32,000 bases of DNA from Synechocystis sp. PCC 6803 substr. PCC-P (GCF_000284455.1 NC_017039.1:3480001-3512000), one strand, 5' to 3'; shown: positions 8,156 to 17,404, counted from the first letter of the stretch. Made by a program: numbers and translations. The notes: generated by a model from the letters alone, not told the origin.

Positions 8156-8659
8156 CTAACCTCCATAAATTTTGCGTAATAACATTGACCCCGGTGGCAC
8201 GTAGCGCATGGATTTGGGAGTGGCTAGGGCCGTGGGCAGCCAGAAAATTAACAAGACATCGACAATGATGAAGCCCAGTAGCCAGAAAAATGGTTCTAGG
8301 TTACGGCTGTCATCAAACCAGCCGTTAAGGAAACTCAGACCCACTAGAGCCAACATGGTCACTACACCGAGGACAATGGCAAAAATCCACCAAAGACCGC
8401 CGGTGCTGAGCACGTCCTGGGCCTTGGTGAAGCCACTGCTGAGGGCTTTAGCAATCCAGAATAGGAGTAACAGCGCTCCCAATACATAAACCACGTAAAG
8501 GGTGGGGAATAAAATCTCTGCGGCCCATTTATCCAAGTTACCCCGGGATAAACTCAAAGGCAGTCCACTTCCCCCTAGCAACCATGGCTGTAACCCAAAA
8601 ATGACAATGGTGGCGATCGCTACTGTAACCACCAGGGCCACTATCTCCGTAATTTTCAT
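8156..8659 (-). CDS. Small integral membrane protein with 4 predicted TM helices.
   Basis: 167-aa ORF with four hydrophobic ~20-aa segments at aa ~5-23, 50-70, 88-110 and 122-145. It lies 57 nt downstream of the vWA gene and 10 nt upstream of the tubulin-like gene. HIP1 at 8613. Confidence 0.75.
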   Translation of the reverse strand: MKITEIVALVVTVAIATIVIFGLQPWLLGGSGLPLSLSRGNLDKWAAEILFPTLYVVYVLGALLLLFWIAKALSSGFTKAQDVLSTGGLWWIFAIVLGVVTMLALVGLSFLNGWFDDSRNLEPFFWLLGFIIVDVLLIFWLPTALATPKSMRYVPPGSMLLRKIYGG

Positions 8660-8716
8660 AACCCCTATCCTGCCGAACTAATACGTGAAGATTAGCAAAA
8701 ATTTTGATTAAGCAAT

Positions 8717-10126
8717 TTAATAGTGGCTATAGCCGAGACAAAACTTAACAGCATCTTGATTATTGGCCACCGCCCCCCGTAGTCCCGATACAAAAAGCAG
8801 TAAATTTTGGGTTCTGGCCCCGTCCGGGTTACTAATGTCCATATCCCAATCCCGCCACACTGCCTGATCCAATTGGCGATCGCCAAGGGTGACGTAAACT
8901 AATTTTCCTTGCCCCTGGGGTACCTGATTGCCATCAAAAACAGCGGTTAATAAAAGGCGGGCATTCTCTCCCCCGGGATTTTGAGCAATTTCTGCTTTTT
9001 TCACCGTCAAAAAGGGTTCAGACACATTGAAAAGATCTGGGGTTAGCTCTCCACCAGTGAGGGAAACGGTACTTTTAGAAGGAATATTTAACTCCAACGG
9101 TGGCAGAGGGCTAGCAGAATTTTCACCACAATTGGTTTGTTCGACCATAAGCCAATCCTTTTCCTGGTCTTGGTTTGGCCTCTGACGGTCTATGGAACCA
9201 ATGTCAATTACGCATTCTTGAATAGTGCCTTTTAAAGAACTGTTGTCTAGAGTCACCGTATCTGCTTGGCCAAGCTCAAAGGCGGAGGCCCGAAAGGCTT
9301 TATTGACATCTAAGGGAAGCTGACGGAATTCCCTTACCAATTCATCCACCGTTTCCTGGGGCCCCGTCATCAGGATAAAAAATGGTCTGCCCTTTTGATC
9401 CACGTCCTGGCCAGTGGTGTTGTAAACAAAAGTGGGATAACCAGCGTTGGCAGAATAAACATTGCCCCGGAACTGACTCCGAACTCCCAAGAGCACGGCT
9501 TTATAGTTGGGATTATTGTTTAACTCTTTGCTGATCAGGCCAGAAATTTGTCCCACAGCGGCATCGTCCGGTTCTAGGTCGGTGAGTAAAATTTTCAGAC
9601 TGCGGGTAGCACTGGTATTGGTGGAAGTGTTGCTATCCTCTTCACTCCCTTCATTTCTTTCCCCTTGATTATTAGATGTGCCGGCGGCCGGGCTTTCCAA
9701 TTCATAAAGTTGCCCCAAAGTACTGGAAACACAAGGATAATCCGCTATTGGCTGATCCCGACGACAATAAAAGGGCGCTTTACTGGCGGCCAGAAATTGG
9801 TTAGCAGAAATCGGTTGGGCCTGACTAATATTTTCATTGCTCCCCACCCGCCAATAGGAAGTGGGCAAATTTTTGTTTTGCAAAAGGGTGTGCAAAGAGG
9901 CGATCGCCTGGCCATAGCGACCACCAGGTTGACTGACAAAACCCACCATGGACTCACTGGCATCTACCCCCACCATTACATCCAGGTTTTCAAAAGGCCC
10001 AGGGGAAGATTGTTCGTCTCTGCGCTCTACCATCCCTTGGTCTGTTTCCACACAGGGTAAACCTCCCCTCTGGCCACAACCGGCTAATACTAGAGCCAAC
10101 AAAGAGAACAAAATCCAGCTTTTCAC
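8717..10126 (-). CDS. von Willebrand factor A (vWA) domain lipoprotein and first gene of the operon.
   Basis: The N-terminus MKSWILFSLLALVLAGCGQ is a signal peptide with lipobox L-A-G-C. MIDAS DxSxS motif VGVDASESM is at nt 9948-9977. The downstream KILLTDLEPDD matches the vWA 'LLTDG' strand. 469 aa. HIP1 at 8876 and 9900. Confidence 0.85.
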   Translation of the reverse strand: MKSWILFSLLALVLAGCGQRGGLPCVETDQGMVERRDEQSSPGPFENLDVMVGVDASESMVGFVSQPGGRYGQAIASLHTLLQNKNLPTSYWRVGSNENISQAQPISANQFLAASKAPFYCRRDQPIADYPCVSSTLGQLYELESPAAGTSNNQGERNEGSEEDSNTSTNTSATRSLKILLTDLEPDDAAVGQISGLISKELNNNPNYKAVLLGVRSQFRGNVYSANAGYPTFVYNTTGQDVDQKGRPFFILMTGPQETVDELVREFRQLPLDVNKAFRASAFELGQADTVTLDNSSLKGTIQECVIDIGSIDRQRPNQDQEKDWLMVEQTNCGENSASPLPPLELNIPSKSTVSLTGGELTPDLFNVSEPFLTVKKAEIAQNPGGENARLLLTAVFDGNQVPQGQGKLVYVTLGDRQLDQAVWRDWDMDISNPDGARTQNLLLFVSGLRGAVANNQDAVKFCLGYSHY

Positions 10127-10516
10127 GCAAAAACCCAGAAAGACAATAATGGAAATGATTCATCAGAGCGGGAGTTCGCCCATTAGCCTAATGCACTGCT
10201 CTGAAAAAATCAAGCGCCTGCGGGTGAGCCCAAGTCATTTCGATTCTAAGCGAGAGTTCCTTGAGTTATTCCCTAAAGCTTTAATAGTCACGGCGCCAAT
10301 ATTAAAGTGACCCCATCCCTTATCCATTGCCATTACACAGGTTCAAACAACTTAAACTGTTTTGTATTGTTACTAACAGATTAAATTTTTACTGACCGGG
10401 GACGCTTAGAATCTCCCCAAGCTGATAGCCCTGCTAACTAATTAAGCACAGACAGAAAGCACCCGGTTTGAATTGCCTCCAGGATAACCAGATAAAATGG
10501 GAACTTAATCACCCTT
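10127..10516. promoter_or_regulatory. 390-bp divergent intergenic region between the vWA/tubulin-like operon (-) and the helicase gene (+). It presumably holds both promoters.
   Basis: This is the only long non-coding gap next to the operon start. It is AT-rich (e.g. ttttgtattgttactaacagattaaatttttac). TAAAAT at 10493-10498 is a possible -10 for the helicase gene. No TSS data are available, so the call is positional only. Confidence 0.35.
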
Positions 10517-13500
10517 TTGCCTAAATCTGTGAAAACCCTAGCCTACGCTAACCCTGCTGATCTATTCGCCTTTCCCTTGGATGACTTCCAACAAGAGGCG
10601 ATCGCCGCCCTGGACCAAGACCAGTCAGTGGTAGTGTGTGCCCCCACAGGTTCCGGTAAAACGGTAGTCGGAGAATATGCCATCTATCGAGCCATTGCCA
10701 GGGGAAAAAGGGTTTTTTATACTACGCCTTTGAAGGCCTTGTCCAATCAAAAAATTCGGGATTTCCAGGAAAAATTAGAGAAGTTAGGCCTAGAAAATGC
10801 GGCCCAACTAGTGGGCTTAATTACCGGTGATACGGTGATCAATGCCGATGCCCCGGTGGTGGTAATGACCACGGAAATTTTTAGGAATATGCTCTACGAA
10901 ACCCCCATTGGGGAAGTAGGCACTTCTTTGGAGGACGTGGAAACAGTGGTGTTTGACGAAGTCCATTACATCAGCGACCGGGGTCGGGGCACTGTGTGGG
11001 AAGAGTCAATCATTTATTGTCCCAGCACCATTCAACTGGTGGGTTTGTCCGCCACCATTGGCAACCCGGAACAGTTGACCGAATGGATTAATCAAGTCCG
11101 CACTGGGGTTTCCCTGAAAGTATTACGCCAGGGAGAGCAACGTAATGATTCCCCCCCCTGTGTGCTGGTCAATTCCGATTTCCGTCCTGTGCCCCTCACC
11201 TTTCACTACAGCACCCGCAAAGGTTTATTTCCCCTGTTGAATGAGAAAAAAACGGGAGTTAATACTCGCCTATTGCCCAAGGCTGGGAATAAAAATACCC
11301 GTTCTGGTAAAAATCGCCGCATGCGCCGGGAGGATTGTCCCTATCCCCTGTTGGTGATGCAACAGCTACAGGAACGGAATTTGTTGCCGGTAATCTATGT
11401 AATTTTTAGTCGGCGGGGCTGTGAACAGGCGGCCCAATCCCTGGAAGATTTATCTTTGGTGGAACCGGCGGAGCAGGAAAGTATCCAACTGCAACTACTG
11501 GATTTTTTCTTTGGCAAAAATCCCCTACTGCGGCAGAAGTTGGAACGGGATTTGGCCAATGGTTTGCCGGATTTAGTCCAAGCGGTCGTTGCCTATTTGG
11601 ATCATCCCCAGGACAGTGAAGCGGCCCAAAGACTTTTGACTGCGTTGGCGATCGATCCAGAAGGTATGTTCAAACTCTGGGGTTGGATTGCCCAATCTTC
11701 TCCCATGACTAGGTTCGAGCAGATTGAACCCCTTTTACGGGGCATTGCGGTGCACCACGCCGGCATTTTGCCAGATATGAAAACCCTGGTGGAAAAGTTA
11801 TTTGAGCAGGGCTTGATCAAAGTGGTATTTGCCACAGCCACCCTCTCGGCGGGGATTAATATGCCTGCTCGCACCACGGTGATTTCTGCCCTATCCAAAC
11901 GTACCAATGAAGGTCATGCCATGCTCAGTCCTTCGGAATTTTTACAAATTGCGGGGCGGGCTGGGCGGCGGGGTATGGATACGGAGGGCCATGTAATTAC
12001 GGTGCAAACTCCCTTTGAAGGGGCCAATGAGGCCTCTTACTTAGCTCTAGCGGAGGCGGAACCGTTAAAAAGTTGGTTTACCCCTTCCTATGGCATGGTG
12101 CTGAATCTGTTGCAAAAACATGATTTGGAAGAAGTAAAAAGTTTGCTGGAACGGAGCTTTGCCGAATACTTGGCCCAGTTTGCCCTGGAACCCACTAAGG
12201 TGGCGATCGCCGAAACGGTGAAAAAATTATCCCAATTGGATATTAAGTTGGCAGGCATTGGGGAAAAGGATTTACGCAGTTACGAAAAATTCCGGGGGCG
12301 ACTGCGGGAAGAACAAAGGTTGCTGAAAATTCTGGAAGAACAGGCGGAAAAAGAACGAAAGCAACAGTTAAAGGATCAACTCAAAACCCTGGCACCGGGT
12401 CAGCTTTTATATCTCAAAGGTCGCCACGTCAAAATCCATCAACCTCGTTTAGCGGTCATTGTTGCCCCCCTGGCCCCCGCCCATAATTTGCCCCAATGGT
12501 GCTGCCTGGGCAGTGATAACCGTTGGTATCATGTCACTGTGGGGGATATTTATGCGGTGCCCATTGGTAATCTGTCCCCAGCCCAATGGCAGCATTTAAC
12601 CCCGCCCCCAGCGGAACTTTTGGCTCCCGGTAAATCGGTGAAGGGAGATGAGGAAACATTGGCGATCGCCGCAGGCCTAGACCCCCAAACCTATCCCTTA
12701 GAACCCAGCCCAGAACTGGTAGAACAACAGGCCAGGGTAGACCATGTGGAAAAACTGTTGGCAGTACATCCCCTGGCTAGCCAAAAACATCCCGGCAAAC
12801 TTTTGGAGCAGTTCCACCAACGGCAAGAACTACGTAAAACCCTAAGCAAACGACAACAGGAGTATGATCGCCTACAATCCCGTCAATCCTACTATTGGCA
12901 GGAGTTCCTAGACTTAATTGACATTTTGCAGGAAATGGAAGCCCTGGAGGAATATACCCCCACACTGTTGGGGGAAGTGGCCGCCACCCTGAGGGGGGAA
13001 AATGAATTGTGGTTGGGTTTGGCCCTGATTTCCGGCAAATTCAACGATTTGGAACCAGAACAGTTGGCCGCCGCCGCCAGTGCCCTCATTACGGAAACTC
13101 CCCGTTCCGATGCTTGGACTGATTTCAAGCCTTCCCCTGTAGTGTTGGCCGCTCTCCGTCCCAGTAATGATTTGTTTGGCCTATTATTTTGCCTTAAACA
13201 CCCTCAACCTCCCCTTGCCCTCTGGCAGGCTATGACGGTGGCGGATCATTTGCAACGGCTTAATCTCTGGGATCTACGACGTAAATTGATCAAAGCTCAA
13301 AATCAACGGGCGATCGCCATTCCCCTTTGGTTGGAAGTGGATTTTATGGGCTTGGTGGAACAGTGGGCATTGGGCATGGAGTGGGAAAACCTCTGCCGCC
13401 AGACCAGTTTGGATGAGGGGGATTTAGTCCGACTTTTCCGGCGCACGGTGGATCTGCTTTGGCAAATTCCCCAGGTGCCCCACCTTTCCCCCCGACTAAA

Positions 13501-13549
13501 ACGGAATGCTCGCATTGCGGTGCAACAAATGAAGCGTTTTCCCCTCTAA
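10517..13549 (+). CDS. Ski2-like (HelY/Mtr4-type) DEAD/DEAH-box superfamily-2 RNA helicase with a DSHCT-like C-terminal domain.
   Basis: Motif I CAPTGSGKT, motif II VVFDEVHYISD, motif III SAT and motif VI QIAGRAGRRG are present. The C-terminus LVEQWALGMEWENLCRQTSLDEGDLVRLFRRTVDLLWQI is typical of DSHCT. There is no in-frame ATG near the 5' end, so the start is TTG 10517 or GTG 10529. Confidence 0.9.
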   Translation: MPKSVKTLAYANPADLFAFPLDDFQQEAIAALDQDQSVVVCAPTGSGKTVVGEYAIYRAIARGKRVFYTTPLKALSNQKIRDFQEKLEKLGLENAAQLVGLITGDTVINADAPVVVMTTEIFRNMLYETPIGEVGTSLEDVETVVFDEVHYISDRGRGTVWEESIIYCPSTIQLVGLSATIGNPEQLTEWINQVRTGVSLKVLRQGEQRNDSPPCVLVNSDFRPVPLTFHYSTRKGLFPLLNEKKTGVNTRLLPKAGNKNTRSGKNRRMRREDCPYPLLVMQQLQERNLLPVIYVIFSRRGCEQAAQSLEDLSLVEPAEQESIQLQLLDFFFGKNPLLRQKLERDLANGLPDLVQAVVAYLDHPQDSEAAQRLLTALAIDPEGMFKLWGWIAQSSPMTRFEQIEPLLRGIAVHHAGILPDMKTLVEKLFEQGLIKVVFATATLSAGINMPARTTVISALSKRTNEGHAMLSPSEFLQIAGRAGRRGMDTEGHVITVQTPFEGANEASYLALAEAEPLKSWFTPSYGMVLNLLQKHDLEEVKSLLERSFAEYLAQFALEPTKVAIAETVKKLSQLDIKLAGIGEKDLRSYEKFRGRLREEQRLLKILEEQAEKERKQQLKDQLKTLAPGQLLYLKGRHVKIHQPRLAVIVAPLAPAHNLPQWCCLGSDNRWYHVTVGDIYAVPIGNLSPAQWQHLTPPPAELLAPGKSVKGDEETLAIAAGLDPQTYPLEPSPELVEQQARVDHVEKLLAVHPLASQKHPGKLLEQFHQRQELRKTLSKRQQEYDRLQSRQSYYWQEFLDLIDILQEMEALEEYTPTLLGEVAATLRGENELWLGLALISGKFNDLEPEQLAAAASALITETPRSDAWTDFKPSPVVLAALRPSNDLFGLLFCLKHPQPPLALWQAMTVADHLQRLNLWDLRRKLIKAQNQRAIAIPLWLEVDFMGLVEQWALGMEWENLCRQTSLDEGDLVRLFRRTVDLLWQIPQVPHLSPRLKRNARIAVQQMKRFPL

Positions 13550-13659
13550 CCAATTGGCGATCGGGAGGATTTCCTCGAAAACGCTGGGAATATATCGATC
13601 ACTTGGCCACTAAACACTAGGCGGCCATGGCCTTTTACTACCCCCAACAAGACCTATTT

Positions 13660-13995
13660 CTACAGGCGACCTTGGCTGGCCAATTTATAGCCAACGGCCA
13701 TGGAGACAAAAGAAAGCAGAAATTCCCACAGACTAGTGGGATTAAGGATCGCTCGACTGCTAAAAAACACCAGCACCACGCCGATGATAATCGGTATCCA
13801 GCCCCAGGATTTTTCCCTGGCGGGCAAAAAAACTAACATCATCACCCCAGCAATGAGGGCCAAAATTGAGCCATCGGCGGCAATACCCCGCCAAAAGTAA
13901 GGATAAACGTTGGTAGTGAAAATGATGTTGTTACCCAGAAAATAGATGCCGGTGCCAATGAGAACTATGCCGATCAGTCTTGCTATTAGAGCCAT
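13660..13995 (-). CDS. Small hydrophobic membrane protein (3-4 TM), function unknown.
   Basis: 111-aa ORF made almost entirely of hydrophobic helices (LIGIVLIGTGIYFLG..., ILALIAGVMMLVFL, IPIIIGVVLVFF). Native-like GC. The antisense ORFs overlapping it look like shadows. Confidence 0.6.
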   Translation of the reverse strand: MALIARLIGIVLIGTGIYFLGNNIIFTTNVYPYFWRGIAADGSILALIAGVMMLVFLPAREKSWGWIPIIIGVVLVFFSSRAILNPTSLWEFLLSFVSMAVGYKLASQGRL

Positions 13996-14032
13996 GGTAT
14001 TGTCGTGGTAATTGATTTATTGATAATGGGCA

Positions 14033-15340
14033 TTAAACTTTGGGTTTTAGCTTGATATTTAGTTTAGGGACAAAGCTTTTGATTAAAACTGATTCTATTT
14101 CCTGCAGATAATGTTTAGGTAGCGAAGTTATGAAAGCAATTTTGCCATCTTCTATTAAGTCAAAATCAGATTGTCTGTGATGAGAATACCAACGCTTTTG
14201 AAGGTTGACTGACATTCCAATATATTGAATTGCATCATCTTTGTTGAGGACAAAATAAATTCCAGGCTGTTCTGGTAGTTCGTCCCTTTCTTCAATTGGT
14301 ACTGCTGACAATTTTGCGGGATTAATTTGAGTTATTTCCAAAAAAATTCCATCGTAAATGAATTTTGAAATATATTCAATAAAGGAAAGGAATAAAAAAT
14401 CAGAGCTATTCCAGGAATTTAATTCTTCTGGTAATTCTGAATCTAAAGGATCAAATTCCTGACCATCGAGGACACACATAAAAGAAGCGATTATGTTTTC
14501 CCATTCATAAACATATTTTTTAGATTTATAGCGGTTCTGCCATTTATCTAGCCAATTTTGTGCATCATTCCAAGCTTCTGGATAATACCATTCTTGCCAT
14601 AATTGTTTTAGTTTATTCGCCGTCGGTGGTTTTGGTGGATCGCAATATTCGCGGTCGTAAATATTTTTCCATGCTTTCCTAAATATTGAGTATATTTCAC
14701 TAGGTAACTCTGGGATTTCAAATTCTTTTTGCTGATAGCTTTGGATTTCTGGATCAATATCAATATATTTAGTGATTTCGTTGGATTCGTTGTTTTGACC
14801 CATCTTCATCTCTACTTGTGTCAATCCAGATTCTAATAAAGGAATAAAGTTGCTAGTTTCTAAAAATTCTCCATCAATAACTTCATCATTTATTTCTTCT
14901 TCTTTGGGTGTGTTAAGCAAAAGTGACAACTGTAATCCCAGCGCCCCAGAAATCCATTCTCTACCCGGAAACAACAAGTCAACTTGATATTTGTCTTCCA
15001 AAAGTAAACTAAAATTACCCTTAATTGAGTTGAGGTAATATTTTTTGACTTCAGATATTATTTCTTCGTAAAATTGTGACAAGATTTTAACTTCATTTGC
15101 CGCTTTTCCTTTGGTGTGTAAATAAGGCTTAACAACTACACTACCATGCTCACTTAAGGGATCTAGTTCCTCTGTTATCCACTCCTTAACATCTTCAATA
15201 TCAAGGGAGCCTAATCCTTTATTTTCTCGACGTAAAAGTTCTGTCTCTATTGCTTTTCGGCAAATATCAGACCAATTTGCGTCTACCTTTGCCATTCGAC
15301 TTTTTAAATCATCGGTCACATAAACATTGAGTGCAGGCAT
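14033..15340 (-). CDS. GIY-YIG nuclease-domain protein with an RHH/antitoxin-like N-terminus and a ~300-aa unknown middle region, encoded on an AT-rich island.
   Basis: C-terminus: PGIYFVLNKDDAIQYIGMSVNLQKRWYSHH...LQEIESVLIKSFVPKLN. This gives GIY-x10-YIG plus the conserved R, H, E and N in canonical order (nt ~14033-14290). N-terminus from ATG 15340: MPALNVYVTDDLKSRMAKVDANWSDICRKAIETELL, which is ribbon-helix-helix-like. The longest ORF start at 15421 adds 27 non-descript aa. Hand-counted GC is 18-33% per 60 nt, against ~55% in adjacent ilvD. No HIP1. Confidence 0.8.
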   Translation of the reverse strand: MPALNVYVTDDLKSRMAKVDANWSDICRKAIETELLRRENKGLGSLDIEDVKEWITEELDPLSEHGSVVVKPYLHTKGKAANEVKILSQFYEEIISEVKKYYLNSIKGNFSLLLEDKYQVDLLFPGREWISGALGLQLSLLLNTPKEEEINDEVIDGEFLETSNFIPLLESGLTQVEMKMGQNNESNEITKYIDIDPEIQSYQQKEFEIPELPSEIYSIFRKAWKNIYDREYCDPPKPPTANKLKQLWQEWYYPEAWNDAQNWLDKWQNRYKSKKYVYEWENIIASFMCVLDGQEFDPLDSELPEELNSWNSSDFLFLSFIEYISKFIYDGIFLEITQINPAKLSAVPIEERDELPEQPGIYFVLNKDDAIQYIGMSVNLQKRWYSHHRQSDFDLIEDGKIAFITSLPKHYLQEIESVLIKSFVPKLNIKLKPKV

Positions 15341-15546
15341 GGTTAAACCATAAGTAGAAGTATAAAGAAGATTATACGCATATTCTCTGGGTGCGACAAC
15401 CAAAATTATGCGCACATGCAATTATTCTTTACAAAACTTAGGTTCTATCTCCCTAAGTTGACTTTTTGTGGCCAGGCTTGAGCAAAGGGGAATAAACCAT
15501 CGACAATGGACAGAAGCATAGATTCGCTACGAGACAGGAGAGAACA

Positions 15547-17232
15547 ATGTCCAACAATCCCAGAAGCCAGGTAATTACCCAGGGCACCCAACGGAGTCCC
15601 AACCGGGCCATGCTCCGGGCCGTTGGTTTTGGCGATGATGACTTTACGAAACCCATTGTGGGTATTGCCAACGGGTACAGCACCATTACCCCCTGCAACA
15701 TGGGCATTAATGATCTGGCTCTACGGGCCGAGGCCGGCTTACGGACAGCGGGGGCCATGCCCCAATTGTTTGGCACTATCACCATCAGTGACGGTATTTC
15801 CATGGGTACGGAAGGGATGAAATATTCCCTAGTTTCCCGGGAAGTGATTGCTGATTCCATCGAAACAGTATGCAATGGCCAACGCATGGACGGAGTTTTG
15901 GCGATCGGGGGCTGTGATAAGAATATGCCGGGGGCAATGATTGCCATGGCTCGCCTCAATATTCCCTCTATCTTTGTTTACGGTGGCACTATTAAACCCG
16001 GACATTATGCCGGGGAAGATTTAACAGTGGTCAGTGCCTTTGAAGCGGTGGGCCAGTACAGCGCTGGCAAAATTGATGAGGAAACCCTCTACGGCATTGA
16101 ACGGAATGCCTGTCCTGGGGCTGGTTCCTGTGGGGGGATGTTCACCGCCAACACCATGTCCTCCGCCTTTGAAGCTATGGGGATGAGCTTGCCCTATTCT
16201 TCTACCATGGCCGCAGTGGATGGGGAAAAAGCCGACAGCACCGAGGAGTCCGCCAAGGTTTTGGTGGAAGCCATCAAAAAACAGATTTTGCCCAGTCAAA
16301 TTCTGACCCGGAAAGCTTTTGAAAATGCCATTGCCGTGATTATGGCCGTGGGGGGCTCCACTAATGCAGTGCTCCATCTGCTGGCGATCGCCAACACCAT
16401 TGGGGTGCCCCTAAGCTTGGACGATTTTGAAACCATTCGCCACAAAGTACCTGTACTGTGCGACCTCAAACCTTCCGGCAAATACGTCACCACTAATCTC
16501 CACGCCGCCGGTGGCATTCCCCAGGTGATGAAAATATTGCTGGTCAATGGCATTCTCCACGGTGACGCTTTAACGATTACAGGACAGACCATTGCTGAAG
16601 TTTTAGCCGATATTCCTGACCAACCCCCTGCCGGCCAGGACGTAATCCATTCCTGGGATGACCCTGTTTATCAAGAAGGTCACCTGGCAGTGCTCAAAGG
16701 TAACCTGGCCACCGAAGGCAGTGTGGCTAAAATCAGCGGTGTTAAAAAGCCGGTGATCACTGGTCCCGCCAAAGTATTTGAATCTGAAGAAGATTGCCTA
16801 GAAGCGATTCTAGCCGGCAAAATTCAAGCAGGAGATGTGGTGGTCGTGCGCTATGAAGGGCCCAAAGGTGGCCCCGGTATGCGGGAAATGCTAGCCCCCA
16901 CTTCTGCCATCATTGGGGCAGGGTTGGGAGACTCCGTTGGCCTAATCACCGATGGCCGCTTTTCTGGTGGTACCTATGGCTTAGTGGTGGGTCACGTTGC
17001 CCCCGAAGCTTATGTGGGAGGGGCGATCGCCTTGGTGCAAGAGGGGGATCAAATCACCATCGATGCTGGCAAGCGGTTACTGCAACTCAACATCAGTGAA
17101 GAGGAATTGGCCCAACGGCGGGCCCAATGGACTCCTCCTCAGCCCCGCTATCCCCGGGGGATTTTAGCCAAGTATGCCAAGTTAGTTTCCTCCAGCAGCC
17201 TTGGTGCAGTGACTGATATAGACTTGTTCTAA
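15547..17232 (+). CDS. ilvD: Dihydroxy-acid dehydratase.
   Basis: 561 aa and full-length. It has hallmark IlvD/Edd family sequences ([47 protein letters not shown]). Confidence 0.97.
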   Translation: MSNNPRSQVITQGTQRSPNRAMLRAVGFGDDDFTKPIVGIANGYSTITPCNMGINDLALRAEAGLRTAGAMPQLFGTITISDGISMGTEGMKYSLVSREVIADSIETVCNGQRMDGVLAIGGCDKNMPGAMIAMARLNIPSIFVYGGTIKPGHYAGEDLTVVSAFEAVGQYSAGKIDEETLYGIERNACPGAGSCGGMFTANTMSSAFEAMGMSLPYSSTMAAVDGEKADSTEESAKVLVEAIKKQILPSQILTRKAFENAIAVIMAVGGSTNAVLHLLAIANTIGVPLSLDDFETIRHKVPVLCDLKPSGKYVTTNLHAAGGIPQVMKILLVNGILHGDALTITGQTIAEVLADIPDQPPAGQDVIHSWDDPVYQEGHLAVLKGNLATEGSVAKISGVKKPVITGPAKVFESEEDCLEAILAGKIQAGDVVVVRYEGPKGGPGMREMLAPTSAIIGAGLGDSVGLITDGRFSGGTYGLVVGHVAPEAYVGGAIALVQEGDQITIDAGKRLLQLNISEEELAQRRAQWTPPQPRYPRGILAKYAKLVSSSSLGAVTDIDLF

Positions 17233-17404
17233 AATTCCCCCATGGGCTAGGGACTAAGGGCATCGCCTAGGGATTTCTTAGAGAGCAATGGGGCTGGGGG
17301 GTGTAGGCTATCGAGATGAAACAGCCTCCTTCTTGGGGTTAACGCCAAAATAACTTGTGGGTTCTACCCTGGTAGGGAAATGTACAAGTCTGGGAGTTTT
17401 TTCC

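Noticed and set aside
6834-10310. Overlapping ORFs in the tubulin-like, 4-TM and vWA genes (6834-7109, 6875-7093, 7201-7383, 8074-8268, 8208-8489, 8692-8886, 9665-10060, 9745-9963, 9948-10310).
   Set aside because: These are shadow ORFs within or straddling better-supported genes. The 8692-8886 ORF is out of frame with the vWA gene's 3' end and adds nothing.
15453-15959. 168-aa minus-strand ORF, with further ORFs at 15623-15820, 16021-16377 and 16296-16592 (two of them minus-strand).
   Set aside because: They lie entirely inside the strongly supported ilvD CDS. Their Arg/Pro/Ser-rich low-complexity translations are typical of shadow ORFs in GC-rich coding DNA.
17357-17404. 16-codon N-terminal extension of the phosphoketolase ORF. 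Similar extensions occur at 20884-20940 for the RND gene, 23650-23703 for the helical protein, 24128-24166 for the Cys-rich protein, 15341-15421 for the GIY-YIG gene and 2473-2520 for the SH3b protein.
   Set aside because: The extensions mostly begin at non-ATG codons or add non-conserved-looking residues. An internal ATG gives an N-terminus that fits the family or a signal peptide better. They remain possible alternatives.
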